64,000 nucleotides of DNA from an uncultured bacterium (GTDB taxonomy: Bacteria > Patescibacteriota > Minisyncoccia > Phycocordibacterales > UBA6065), in the NCBI GenBank assembly GCA_966243015.1, contig CBIMES010000001.1:50598-114597 (forward strand), given 5' to 3'. Under the pieces are notes generated by a model. It made no database searches, was not told where the DNA came from, and saw nothing but the letters and a program-made list of their open reading frames with translations. Positions 25,151-34,139 of this stretch are shown one piece after another. The position numbers were made by a program, and so were the translations under genes. Every line of letters begins with the position of its first letter. Within the stretch, counting starts at the first letter, position 1.

Positions 25151-25861
25151 TTAGGTGGTTTGTTGTGCTTTCTTTATCTTCTCAAACAGAAGGAGGACGA
25201 CGATTGCCATCATCCAGATGACGGAGAATGCGAGGAATGTTTTGCTCCCGTTTGCATCACCTATTATAAACAGGTTGAAGAGCGTGTGCAATCCAATCGC
25301 GAGCGAGAGGCCGAGCAGTCGCCAGAGCATCTTCCATATCCTGCTGCTGTGGAACTGGCTGCCGATTGCGTAGCCGAGAATCGCCGAGCAGACGACGTGC
25401 AGCATGCTCGCGCCCATGAACCTCATGTTGCCCGTGACGGCGCCTTTCCAGACGTCGCCCTCGAGAAGCGGCGTGAGGATGAAGAGCGTGTTCTCGAGCG
25501 CCGCGAATCCGAGCGCGGCGGTGATCATGTAGATGATGGCGTCGACGGGCTCGTCGTAATCGACGGTGTAGAGCACGAGAAGGGCCACGACGACGTACTT
25601 GGCGAGCTCCTCGAAGGCAGCCCAGAGGAAGAGCGTGGTCGGTCCAAGGCCGAGCTCGAGGATGGTGAGCTTCTGGAGCGGGTACATGAGGGGCACGACG
25701 GCCATGCCGCCGAGGAAGACGAGGAGGAGGTGGCGAAGGGGCTCGGGGTGCAGCTTGTCCTCGCGGGTCCAGAACCAGAGCCAGAAGAGCGCGGGAAGGA
25801 TTCCGCCGATGACGGCGTAGGTGAGCGCTGACGTGGGGAACGCTGTGGCTAGCTCGGCCAT
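25151..25861 (-). CDS. PrsW-family intramembrane metalloprotease
   Basis: Multi-TM protein with EELAKY (EExxK), FAALEN (FxxxE/H) and HVVCSAI / HTLFNLF His motifs, as in PrsW/YpdC. Confidence 0.55.
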   Translation of the reverse strand: MAELATAFPTSALTYAVIGGILPALFWLWFWTREDKLHPEPLRHLLLVFLGGMAVVPLMYPLQKLTILELGLGPTTLFLWAAFEELAKYVVVALLVLYTVDYDEPVDAIIYMITAALGFAALENTLFILTPLLEGDVWKGAVTGNMRFMGASMLHVVCSAILGYAIGSQFHSSRIWKMLWRLLGLSLAIGLHTLFNLFIIGDANGSKTFLAFSVIWMMAIVVLLLFEKIKKAQQTT

Positions 25862-28035
25862 GTTTCGATGATGAGGGGCTTCTTATCGCTGATCGGAAGG
25901 TCTTTCCAGATTTCCTCGGTGACGAACGGCATGAACGGGTGAAGGGTCTTGAGTATGAGCTCGAGAGTGTGGAGGAGGAACTGCTGTCGCGACGACCTCT
26001 CGGCGTCGGTGCCTGTGGCGAGGATGCCCTTGCTCTCCTCGAGAATCTGGTCGGCGAAGGTGTTCCAGGCGTACGCGTAGAGCTTCTCGCCCACGAGATA
26101 GAACTTGTACTCATTCATCTCCTTGGTGATCTCGGCGACGAGGGCGTCCTGCTCGATGATGAGCGCGGCGTCTCGCTCGCTCCATGCCGTGAAGCCCCTG
26201 TCGAGAGAGATGGTCTCGGTCGACGAGAGGACGAAGCGGGTGATGTTCCAGAGCTTGTTGGCGAAGTTCTTATAGGCGCGGATCTTGTCCTCGGACATTT
26301 TGGTGTCGTTGCCGGGGCCCGTGCCGATAATGAGCGACATGCGCACGGCGTCGGTTCCGTACTTCTTGCTCATCTCGAGCGGATCGATGATGTTGCCGAG
26401 AGACTTCGACATCTTGCGTCCCTGACCGTCGCGGACAAGTCCGTGAAGGTACACGGTCCTGAACGGGATGGTGTCGAGAAGGTAGGTCGACATGAGGATC
26501 ATGCGGGCGACCCAGAAGAAGAGGATGTCGTAGCCCGTCTCGAGAACCGCGGTCGGGTGATAGGTACGGAGATCCTCGGTGTTGTCAGGCCAGCCGAGCG
26601 TTGAGAAGGTCCAGAGGCCCGACGAGAACCAGGTATCGAGGGTATCCTCGTCCTGGACCCAGCCTTCGCCCGGTGACACGGTGCCGAATCGTGCCTCTTC
26701 GCCCTTGTACCAGACAGGGATGCGGTGTCCGAACCAGATCTGGCGGGAGATGCACCAGTCAGCCAGGTTGTTGATCCAGTTGCTGTAGACGCGCTGGAAG
26801 TTCTCGGGAATGATCTCGATGTGTCGGTCGCCTGGCTCGAGGACTTCGAGCATGAGCTCCTTGAGTGACTTGTTGCCGCGCGCCGCGATCTTCTTGTTCA
26901 CGTCGATGAACCACTGCAGTTTCGGCAATGGCTCGACGATGCCGCCCGTTCGCTCGGCGGTGGACATGTTCTGGGCGATCTCTTCCTCCTTCTCGAGGAG
27001 GCCCTGCTCCTTGAGCCAGGTTACGACGATCTCGCGAGCCTCGGTAGTTTTCTTGCCGGCGAGGAGGGGTGACGAGACGCTCATCTTGGCGAACTCGTTA
27101 ATGACGGGGACGAGAGGGAGGTTGTGTCGCTGGGCGATGTCATAGTCGACGTGGCTGTGTGCCGGGGTGACGCCGACGGCCCCGGTGCCGAACTCGGGGT
27201 TTACCTCGCTGTCGCCGACGATCTTCACGTGGATCTTCTCGCCCGCGAAGTCGATGTCGTACTCGGTGCCGATGAGGTGCTTGTAGCGCGCGTCGTCAGG
27301 GTGAACGGCGACGCCCGTGTCGCCGACCTTGGTCTCGGGTCGCGTCGTGGCGATGGAGATAGGAAAGTCCTTTGAATATTTAAATGTGTAGAGCTTGCCC
27401 TTGCCCTCGACGTAGGTGATCTCGTCGTCGGAGATGGTGGTCTGGCCTTTCGGGTCCCAGTTGACCACGCGGTACTTGCGGTAGATGAGCCCGTCCTCGT
27501 ACATGCGACGGAAGGTCTCGTACACTGCCTTTTCGCGCTTCTCGTCGAGCGTGTACGCCTCGCGCGACCAGTCGATGGACGCGCCCATCTTCTTCACCTG
27601 ATTGGTGATGGTGTCGTGGCTCTGTTGGGCGAACTCGCGGACGCGGCGGAGGAGTTCTTCTCGGCCGAGGTCCTGTCGTCGCTTGCCCTCCTTCTTGTAG
27701 ATCTCGCCCTCAACCTTTGACTGGGTGGCGATGGCGGCGTGGTCGGTGCCGGGAATCCAAAGCGTCTTGAAGCCCATCATACGCTTGAAGCGAACCATGA
27801 TGTCCTCAATCACAAGCATCGAAGCGTGTCCGATATGAAGGGTTCCCGTCACGTTCGGCGGCGGAAGCACGATCGAAAATGGCGTCTTGTGTCGCTCGGG
27901 GAGATTGTCCGGATTGAAATAGCCGCTGTCGACCCATGCCTGGTAGATGGCGTCCTCGCTGGCCTCGGGATTGTACGGCTTGAGGAATTTCGCAGGAATG
28001 TTGGGCTCCTGGTAGGGCTTGTTATCCGGGTTCAT
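25849..28035 (-). CDS. valS: valine--tRNA ligase (compact form)
   Basis: PPPNVTGTLHIGHA (HIGH), GTDHAAIATQ and GRKMSKSLGN (KMSKS). The N-terminal region matches ValRS rather than IleRS/LeuRS. At 728 aa it lacks the C-terminal coiled coil. Confidence 0.85.
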   Translation of the reverse strand: MNPDNKPYQEPNIPAKFLKPYNPEASEDAIYQAWVDSGYFNPDNLPERHKTPFSIVLPPPNVTGTLHIGHASMLVIEDIMVRFKRMMGFKTLWIPGTDHAAIATQSKVEGEIYKKEGKRRQDLGREELLRRVREFAQQSHDTITNQVKKMGASIDWSREAYTLDEKREKAVYETFRRMYEDGLIYRKYRVVNWDPKGQTTISDDEITYVEGKGKLYTFKYSKDFPISIATTRPETKVGDTGVAVHPDDARYKHLIGTEYDIDFAGEKIHVKIVGDSEVNPEFGTGAVGVTPAHSHVDYDIAQRHNLPLVPVINEFAKMSVSSPLLAGKKTTEAREIVVTWLKEQGLLEKEEEIAQNMSTAERTGGIVEPLPKLQWFIDVNKKIAARGNKSLKELMLEVLEPGDRHIEIIPENFQRVYSNWINNLADWCISRQIWFGHRIPVWYKGEEARFGTVSPGEGWVQDEDTLDTWFSSGLWTFSTLGWPDNTEDLRTYHPTAVLETGYDILFFWVARMILMSTYLLDTIPFRTVYLHGLVRDGQGRKMSKSLGNIIDPLEMSKKYGTDAVRMSLIIGTGPGNDTKMSEDKIRAYKNFANKLWNITRFVLSSTETISLDRGFTAWSERDAALIIEQDALVAEITKEMNEYKFYLVGEKLYAYAWNTFADQILEESKGILATGTDAERSSRQQFLLHTLELILKTLHPFMPFVTEEIWKDLPISDKKPLIIETWPS

Positions 28036-28061
28036 AGATGCGCTTCATGATATCAAAAAAC

Positions 28062-28087
28062 ACTGGTTTTTCCAGTGTTTTCGGTGC
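28062..28087 (-). terminator. terminator hairpin AAAACACTGG-TTTTTC-CCAGTGTTTT downstream of tsaD
   Basis: Stem-loop with T-tract between the tsaD stop and the valS start. Confidence 0.6.
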
Positions 28088-28091
28088 GTGT

Positions 28092-29321
28092 CTAGTCTTG
28101 TGCGGTCCGTGGCCCGATGGGCAGGGTGCCGTACGCCTTGAGCTCTGCGCCCGGTGTGAGAGCCTCGGCCCGCCTGAAGTATCCGGCGAGGGCAATCATG
28201 AGCGCGTTGTCCGTGGAGTGGTCGGTCTGGGGCAGGAGGATGCGAAGGCCGAAGTCCTGGGCCATAGACTCGAGAGCCGAGCGGATGTGGGCGTTGGCGA
28301 TGACTCCTCCGCCGATGATGACGGTCTCGACGGCGAACTCCTCGGCGGCGCGTCGCATCTTGGCGACAAGCACGTCCGTCATGGCGTCCTCGGCCTCGCG
28401 GGCAACGCCTTTGATCTGGTCGGGCGTGAGGGTCGCTCCGTTCTCGGTCAGCTTCTTGGTGAGGTAGAGGACGGCGGTCTTGAGTCCCGAGAACGAGAAG
28501 TCAAAGTCCTTACTCGATATCATCGGGCGAGGCAGAGGCTCGGGGCTCTCGATGCCCGCGGCTCGCGCCTCTGCCGCGAGAGCGGAAATCTTCGGGCCTC
28601 CCGGATACGGCAGGCCGAGCATGCGGGCGATCTTGTCGAAGCATTCGCCGACGGCGTCGTCGCGGGTCTCGCCGACGATCTTGTACGAGCCAACCTTGTC
28701 CATGAGGACAATCTGAGTGTGTCCGCCCGAGATGAGAAGGGAAAGCGCCGGGTACATGATTCGACGGTCGAGGAGGTCGTAGAGGGCGCGACCGTTGTCC
28801 TCGCCCTTGTCGATGCGCGAGACGAGGGCCGCGAGGATGTGTCCCTCCATGTGGTTCGCGGCGACGAGCGGGATGTTCCAGACAATCGAAAGGGCTCGGG
28901 CAAAGTTGATGCCGACCCAGAGGGCTGGCGTGAGGCCAGGGCCAACGGTGACGCTGATGAGGTCGATGAGGGGCTTCCGTACAGTTGGTATGAAAGCCTT
29001 GAGCGCCTCGAGAAGCTCCGGCTCGTAGGTGAAAAGGCTGTTGAGGACGGGCAGGAGGTCTGGGGTAATTGCACCCGGCTCGTCAGGGGTCACGGCCTCG
29101 AGCGCCCCGGCCTGCTCGAGGGTTCGGGCGAGGACGGGCACGAGGTTCTTGGCATGCTCGCGCTTGGCGAGGTTGGGAAAGACTCCGCCGTACGGGGAGT
29201 GGACGTCAATCTGCGAGTGCACCGTGTTGCCGAGTATGCGGACGGAGTTGGTGTCGTCGTGGGCCTCGATGAGGCTTGCCGCTGTCTCGTCGCATGATGT
29301 TTCTATGCCGAGTATGCGCAT
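28092..29321 (-). CDS. tsaD: tRNA N6-adenosine threonylcarbamoyltransferase TsaD (Kae1/Gcp family)
   Basis: MRILGIETSCDETA, HMEGH metal-binding motif and C-terminal GGVIAN. Start is set at the internal ATG (29319-29321) because the track ORF runs into tRNA-Val. Confidence 0.85.
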   Translation of the reverse strand: MRILGIETSCDETAASLIEAHDDTNSVRILGNTVHSQIDVHSPYGGVFPNLAKREHAKNLVPVLARTLEQAGALEAVTPDEPGAITPDLLPVLNSLFTYEPELLEALKAFIPTVRKPLIDLISVTVGPGLTPALWVGINFARALSIVWNIPLVAANHMEGHILAALVSRIDKGEDNGRALYDLLDRRIMYPALSLLISGGHTQIVLMDKVGSYKIVGETRDDAVGECFDKIARMLGLPYPGGPKISALAAEARAAGIESPEPLPRPMISSKDFDFSFSGLKTAVLYLTKKLTENGATLTPDQIKGVAREAEDAMTDVLVAKMRRAAEEFAVETVIIGGGVIANAHIRSALESMAQDFGLRILLPQTDHSTDNALMIALAGYFRRAEALTPGAELKAYGTLPIGPRTAQD

Positions 29322-29344
29322 GGGTTTTAGAGTGGAAACTGCTG

Positions 29345-29417
29345 TGCGCGGTATAGGACTTGAACCTATGACCCTCTCAACGTCAATGAGATGCTCTACC
29401 AACTGAGCTAACCGCGC
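29345..29417 (-). tRNA. tRNA-Val (anticodon GAC)
   Basis: Manual fold: acceptor GCGCGGT/ACCGCGC, D arm GCTC-AGTTGGTA-GAGC, anticodon loop TTGACGT, T arm ATAGG-TTCAAGT-CCTAT. Confidence 0.9.
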
Positions 29418-29473
29418 GTACCGATTACTTTACACTATCGGACGGCTTTATCAAGCCCCGTCAGTCTCTGGGC

Positions 29474-29803
29474 CTATTTCGCCGGCGGCGCGTCCTTCGG
29501 CCTGTCGAACTTCTCGGAGAGCTTCTTGATGCCGAAATACACGACTGCCGCGAGGATGAGGAAGTTTATGAGAAGAGAGAGGAACTTGCCGTATCCGATG
29601 ACCGTGTCGCCAATCGTGAGCGACATCGAGGCGAGGTCAGGGAAGTTGTGGAGGGCGAGTCCGATAAGGGGATTAACAATGTCGTTCACGAACGATCCAA
29701 CCAGGTCGGAGACCGCCCGGCCGAGGATGAAACCTATTGCGAAGCCCGCCACGCCCTGCGTGCGGACGAAGTGGAAGAATCCTGAAAGCTGTTCCTTTAT
29801 CAT
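29474..29803 (-). CDS. mscL: large-conductance mechanosensitive channel MscL
   Basis: GFAIGFILGRAVSDLVGSFVNDIVNP plus a second TM; typical MscL length. Confidence 0.85.
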   Translation of the reverse strand: MIKEQLSGFFHFVRTQGVAGFAIGFILGRAVSDLVGSFVNDIVNPLIGLALHNFPDLASMSLTIGDTVIGYGKFLSLLINFLILAAVVYFGIKKLSEKFDRPKDAPPAK

Positions 29804-29839
29804 GATCTTATTCTAAGACGGAGGGCCGCGTGCCGTCCA

Positions 29840-30076
29840 TTACCCGCGTATCGCGAATACCTTGTCCCGGCTCGTGTCCCCTTTGACGAGCGATATGCGC
29901 GACAAGGGTACGTCGAGGCGCTCTGATATGAGTTTGGCTGCACGTTCGTTCGCCCGGCCCTTCTCGGGAGGCACGTTGACTTTTACCTTGAATGAGTCTG
30001 GGCCGATTTCCTCGACCGATTCCTTGCGGGCGTTGGGTGTGACCCTGACGGTGATGATGCGCTGGGACGACTTCAT
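29840..30076 (-). CDS. YggU/DUF167 family protein
   Basis: 78 aa; IITVRVTPNARKESVEE..KVKVNVPPEKGRANERAAKLISERL matches the UPF0235 pattern. Confidence 0.65.
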   Translation of the reverse strand: MKSSQRIITVRVTPNARKESVEEIGPDSFKVKVNVPPEKGRANERAAKLISERLDVPLSRISLVKGDTSRDKVFAIRG

Positions 30077-30108
30077 GGGGAGTCTGCTGGTTCCAGGGAA
30101 CCGTGTTG

Positions 30109-30195
30109 CGGAGAGGGGGAGATTCGAACTCCCGAGACCCTTTCGAGCCTGTCAGTTTTCGAAACTGATGCATTCGACCACTCTGCCACCTCTCC
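30109..30195 (-). tRNA. tRNA-Ser (anticodon CGA), type II with long variable arm
   Basis: Manual fold: acceptor GGAGAGG/CCTCTCC, anticodon stem-loop TCAGT-TTCGAAA-ACTGA, long variable arm, T arm GGGAG-TTCGAAT-CTCCC, discriminator G. Confidence 0.85.
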
Positions 30196-30275
30196 AGGTG
30201 CCTATCTTGAATGGCTCGAACATACTCTCACATTTTTGAGATTTTTTCAAAGAGTGCTATATTTCGAGGCGTTCC

Positions 30276-30347
30276 GGCCCTATCGTCTAATGGTTAGGAC
30301 ACGGGCTTTTCAAGCCTGTAATCCGGGTTCGATTCCCGGTAGGGTCA
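30276..30347 (+). tRNA. tRNA-Glu (anticodon TTC)
   Basis: Manual fold: acceptor GGCCCTA/TAGGGTC (one G-U), anticodon stem-loop CGGGC-TTTTCAA-GCCTG, T arm CCGGG-TTCGATT-CCCGG. Confidence 0.85.
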
Positions 30348-30384
30348 CATCGTAAAGGCTCGGCGCCTGTTATAATTGCCGCAT

Positions 30385-30549
30385 ATGAAGATAATCAAAA
30401 TAGTGCATCTGACCTTGGCGTCTGTATCGGGCCTGCTCCTTATCTCGTATGGAGGGGTAGATGACAGTCCCGGTGCGCAAGGCATAGGGCTCTTGACCAT
30501 TTTGGCGAGCGTGTTTATCGTCTTTCACATCCTCGTTTCTAAGAAATAA
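30385..30549 (+). CDS. small two-helix membrane protein (54 aa) not in the ORF track
   Basis: Perfect TATAAT lies 8 nt upstream of the ATG. Product MKIIKIVHLTLASVSGLLLISYGG..LLTILASVFIVFHILVSKK; terminator hairpin GGCTCA-CTCCAC-TGAGCC plus T-tract immediately after the stop. Confidence 0.45.
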   Translation: MKIIKIVHLTLASVSGLLLISYGGVDDSPGAQGIGLLTILASVFIVFHILVSKK

Positions 30550-30689
30550 AAGGCTCACTCCACTGAGCCTTTTATTCCGGCTTAGCCACGGGCCCTTTCG
30601 GTACCTTGTCTCACAAGGTACCGACGGGCTATACTGAAAAGGCAAAAGGGTAGTACTATAGAAGGGAACCAATTCATAACATCACATTC

Positions 30690-32120
30690 ATGTTCGCACG
30701 CATCAGGAAACACAGGACTCTGGCAATTGTTATCGGCGCAGTCGTATTGATCATCGGGGCGGCCATGGCATTCGGCGGAGGCTCCAAGAACGGTAACGAG
30801 ACGGTATCCGCCGTCAGGAAGGATCTCGTGAAGACCGTCAGGGTCAGTGGCAAGGTTGCTGCCCAGGACGACGCCGCCCTTGGCTTCGAGATCGGCGGCA
30901 CCGTCGCGCGCGTATACAAGAAAGTCGGTGACCCTGTCCGCGCCGGCGAGGCTCTCGTGGCCCTCGACGCCGCGGGTACCAACGCGGACCTTCTCAAGGC
31001 CCAGGCGGACCTCGCCTCCGCCGAGGCGGAGCTTGCCCGACTCCAGGGCTCTGCCCAGTTCGAGGCCAAGACCGAGAACGCGAAGTCTTCCGCCCAGCAG
31101 TCCATCGACGACGCCTTCACCCAGGTCGACGACGCGATCCGCAACAGGATAGACCAGTTCTTCAGGAATCCTCGAACCTCGAATCCCGAGATCATCGTCG
31201 CATTCAACGACGAGAACGGCCTCAGGGCGTCGGTCAACGCGCAGCGCGTGGCCGTCGAGGAGATTCTGACGAAGTGGAAGGCGTCCCGACCCGACATTTC
31301 GACCGCCCGGGCCTATATCGCCACGGTCTCCGGGTTCCTCAACGACGTGTCGCGAGCCGTGAACACCTTCGAGCCAAATTCATCGCTCACCCAGGCAACT
31401 ATCGACAAGTACAAGGCTGACGTGGCGACCGCCCGACAGAACGTGAACACCTCTTCGGCGGCACTCCTTTCCGCCGAGGACACCCTGAGCCAGTCTCTCT
31501 CTGACGTGCCAGTGCAGGTGTCGCGCGTCGAGGCCGCCCGCGCCACCGTCCAGAGTTTCCAGTCCAGCGTCTCTCGCTCGGTCATCGTCTCGCCGATTAC
31601 CGGCATTGTCTCGAAGCAGGACGCCAAGGTTGGCCAGGCTGTTTCCCCTAATGCCGTCCTCGTCTCGGTCATAAGCAAAGACTACAAGATCGACGCCTAC
31701 GTTCCGGAGGTGTCTATCGCCGGCATCGCCCTCGGCAACACGGCGACCGCGACCCTTGACGCTTACGGTTCGTCGGTTCCGTTCAAGGCAAAGGTATCTC
31801 ACATTGATCCTGCCGAGACCGTTCGCGACGGCGTCTCCAACTACAAGATCGAGCTCTCGTTCGACGAATCGGACGCTCGCGTGAAGTCCGGCATGACGGC
31901 CAACGTGAGCATCGAGACCCTTCGCACGGCGCAGGCCCTCTCGGTTCCTCTCCGCTCGGTTCTCACCAAGGATGATGGGGTCAGGGTCGTGTTCGTGAAG
32001 GTTGGCGACGACTCCGTCGAGCGCGAGGTGGAGACCGGCGTGTCGGACTCGGAGGGCAACGTGGAGATCGTCTCGGGACTGACCGAGGGCGAGACCGTGC
32101 TCCTTAACCCAACCAACTAG
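30690..32120 (+). CDS. ABC-exporter membrane fusion protein (HlyD/DevB/MacA family periplasmic adaptor)
   Basis: N-terminal TM, biotinyl/lipoyl-like hairpin (VSGKVAAQDDAALGFEIGGTVARVYKKVGDPVRAGEALVALD), long coiled coil and beta-barrel. Confidence 0.8.
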   Translation: MFARIRKHRTLAIVIGAVVLIIGAAMAFGGGSKNGNETVSAVRKDLVKTVRVSGKVAAQDDAALGFEIGGTVARVYKKVGDPVRAGEALVALDAAGTNADLLKAQADLASAEAELARLQGSAQFEAKTENAKSSAQQSIDDAFTQVDDAIRNRIDQFFRNPRTSNPEIIVAFNDENGLRASVNAQRVAVEEILTKWKASRPDISTARAYIATVSGFLNDVSRAVNTFEPNSSLTQATIDKYKADVATARQNVNTSSAALLSAEDTLSQSLSDVPVQVSRVEAARATVQSFQSSVSRSVIVSPITGIVSKQDAKVGQAVSPNAVLVSVISKDYKIDAYVPEVSIAGIALGNTATATLDAYGSSVPFKAKVSHIDPAETVRDGVSNYKIELSFDESDARVKSGMTANVSIETLRTAQALSVPLRSVLTKDDGVRVVFVKVGDDSVEREVETGVSDSEGNVEIVSGLTEGETVLLNPTN

Positions 32121-32122
32121 TA

Positions 32123-33370
32123 ATGCCTCAGTTTATCCGCATTGGATTCTTCCTTGCCCTCAGGCAGATACGCCGGGCGAGCATCTGGACGACGAGCCTG
32201 ATCGTCTTCGTCATGGTCCTGACGTTCCTCAATCTTGTGGTGGTGTCGGGCGTGCTCGTCGGGCTTATCCAGGGAGCCGTGGACGCGAACAAGGTCTACT
32301 ACACGAGCGACGTCATCATCTCGAACCTCTCGAAGAAGGACTACATCGAGAAGAGCCCTCAGGTCATCTCGATCGTCTCAGCGCTGCCCGAGGCTCAGGC
32401 CTACGCGGCCCGCTACCTTCAGAGCGGTCAGATCGAGGCTCACTACAAGGAGGCGACCAAGGACGAGGATATCGAGCGCGCCGGCGGAAGCTTCGTCGGC
32501 ATCGACCCAATCCGCGAGGACCAGGTGACGAATCTGTCCCGATTCGTCGTCGAGGGCGAGTACCTCGCGCCGGACGACTACGATCAGATCATGATCGGCG
32601 CGAACCTCCTCAAGAAGTACCTGCCAATCGAGTCGCCGGGCTTCACGACGCTCTCTGACATCAGTATCGGCGACAAGATACGAATCAAGGTGGGTGACGT
32701 GACTCGCGAGATGACTATCAAGGGCATCGTCAAATCGAAGGTGGACGAGCTGGGCTTCCGCGTCTTCATGGTGGACAGCCAGTTCCGTTCGCTTATCGGC
32801 AGGAATGACTACAACGTGGACGAGATATCAATCAAGCTCAAGCCCGGCTCTGACCCGGTTCTCGTGCGCGACGGATTGCTTCGCGCCGGAGTGGGCGAGC
32901 TCGCTCGCGTGCAGACCTTCGAGGACGCGCAGCCGAAGTTCCTCCAGGACATCAAGGCGACCTTCGCCCTCCTCGGAAACATGATTTCGTCGATCGGCCT
33001 TGCCGTGGCGTCGATTACTATCTTCATCGTCATCTTCATCAACGCGATCACCCGCCGAAAGTTCATCGGCATCATGAAGGGCATTGGCATCAGCGGCACC
33101 GCCATCGAGACCTCGTACGTCTTCCAGTCGATCTTCTACGCCGTCATCGGCTCGACCATTGGCCTTGGCGTGTTGTACCTCATGCTTCAGCCGTATATTG
33201 CCGCGCACCCAATCGACTTCCCGTTCTCTGACGGAATCCTCGTGGCGCCGCTCGACGGAACCCTGTTTCGCATCGGCCTGCTCGTTATCACGACCATCGT
33301 CGCCGGATACATCCCGGCCCGCATGATCGTGCGCAAGAACACCCTTGATTCGATTCTCGGACGAAACTAG
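32123..33370 (+). CDS. ABC transporter permease, FtsX-like (DevC/MacB-type, 4 TM with large periplasmic domain)
   Basis: N-terminal TM, about 200-aa extracytoplasmic domain, then three C-terminal TM helices with the FtsX signature region. Confidence 0.8.
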   Translation: MPQFIRIGFFLALRQIRRASIWTTSLIVFVMVLTFLNLVVVSGVLVGLIQGAVDANKVYYTSDVIISNLSKKDYIEKSPQVISIVSALPEAQAYAARYLQSGQIEAHYKEATKDEDIERAGGSFVGIDPIREDQVTNLSRFVVEGEYLAPDDYDQIMIGANLLKKYLPIESPGFTTLSDISIGDKIRIKVGDVTREMTIKGIVKSKVDELGFRVFMVDSQFRSLIGRNDYNVDEISIKLKPGSDPVLVRDGLLRAGVGELARVQTFEDAQPKFLQDIKATFALLGNMISSIGLAVASITIFIVIFINAITRRKFIGIMKGIGISGTAIETSYVFQSIFYAVIGSTIGLGVLYLMLQPYIAAHPIDFPFSDGILVAPLDGTLFRIGLLVITTIVAGYIPARMIVRKNTLDSILGRN

Positions 33371-33382
33371 CCCTCACACACC

Positions 33383-34078
33383 ATGCATCCAAACACACAC
33401 AAGCTCATAGACGTCAGGAACCTGAAGAAGACCTTCACCGACGGCGAGAAGCAGACGCATGTGCTCAAGGGCATCGAATTTTCCGTGAACGAGCACGAGT
33501 TCATCGCCATCGTTGGAAGGTCAGGAGCGGGAAAGTCGACGCTCCTCTACCAGCTCTCCCTCCTCGACGAGCCGACTTCGGGCGAGATTTATATCTTCGG
33601 CAAGGACACCCACAACATGAAGCCGGAGCAGAAGACCGTCTTTCGCCTCAACGAGCTTGGCTATGTCTTCCAGGACTACGCGCTTCTGCCCGACCTTACC
33701 GCGGTCGAGAACGTGGCGCTGCCGCTTATGATGCAGGGCAAGGACAAGGCGCATGCATATGCGGAGGCGAAGGCCGCCCTCGAGCGCGTGAAGCTCGGCC
33801 ATCGCCTCGGCAACCTGCCGAGCCAGCTTTCCGGAGGAGAGCAGCAGCGCGTGTCAGTCGCCCGCGCTCTGGCTCACAAGCCAAAGATCCTCTTTGCCGA
33901 TGAGCCGACGGCAAATCTCGACAATGAGTCGTCCCGAACGGTTATGGCGCTTTTCCAGGAGATCTACGCCCAGGGCCAAACCATCATCATGGTTACTCAC
34001 GAGGAGGAGTACGCGAGGATGGCGAAGCGCGTCGTCAGACTCGACGACGGCAGGATAATCAGCGACGAGAGAGATTAG
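33383..34078 (+). CDS. ABC transporter ATP-binding protein (DevA/LolD/MacB-NBD type)
   Basis: GRSGAGKSTLL (Walker A), LSGGEQQRVSVARAL (signature), ILFADEPT (Walker B), H-loop. Confidence 0.9.
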   Translation: MHPNTHKLIDVRNLKKTFTDGEKQTHVLKGIEFSVNEHEFIAIVGRSGAGKSTLLYQLSLLDEPTSGEIYIFGKDTHNMKPEQKTVFRLNELGYVFQDYALLPDLTAVENVALPLMMQGKDKAHAYAEAKAALERVKLGHRLGNLPSQLSGGEQQRVSVARALAHKPKILFADEPTANLDNESSRTVMALFQEIYAQGQTIIMVTHEEEYARMAKRVVRLDDGRIISDERD

Positions 34079-34090
34079 GTTTTGCGGTGG

Positions 34091-34125
34091 AAAGCCGGGG
34101 CCTTGCGGCCCCGGCTTTCATTTGC
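34091..34125 (+). terminator. rho-independent terminator AAAGCCGGGGCC-TTGC-GGCCCCGGCTTT plus T-run
   Basis: Follows the ABC ATPase stop. Confidence 0.7.
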
Positions 34126-34139
34126 TGTATAATCAATCT

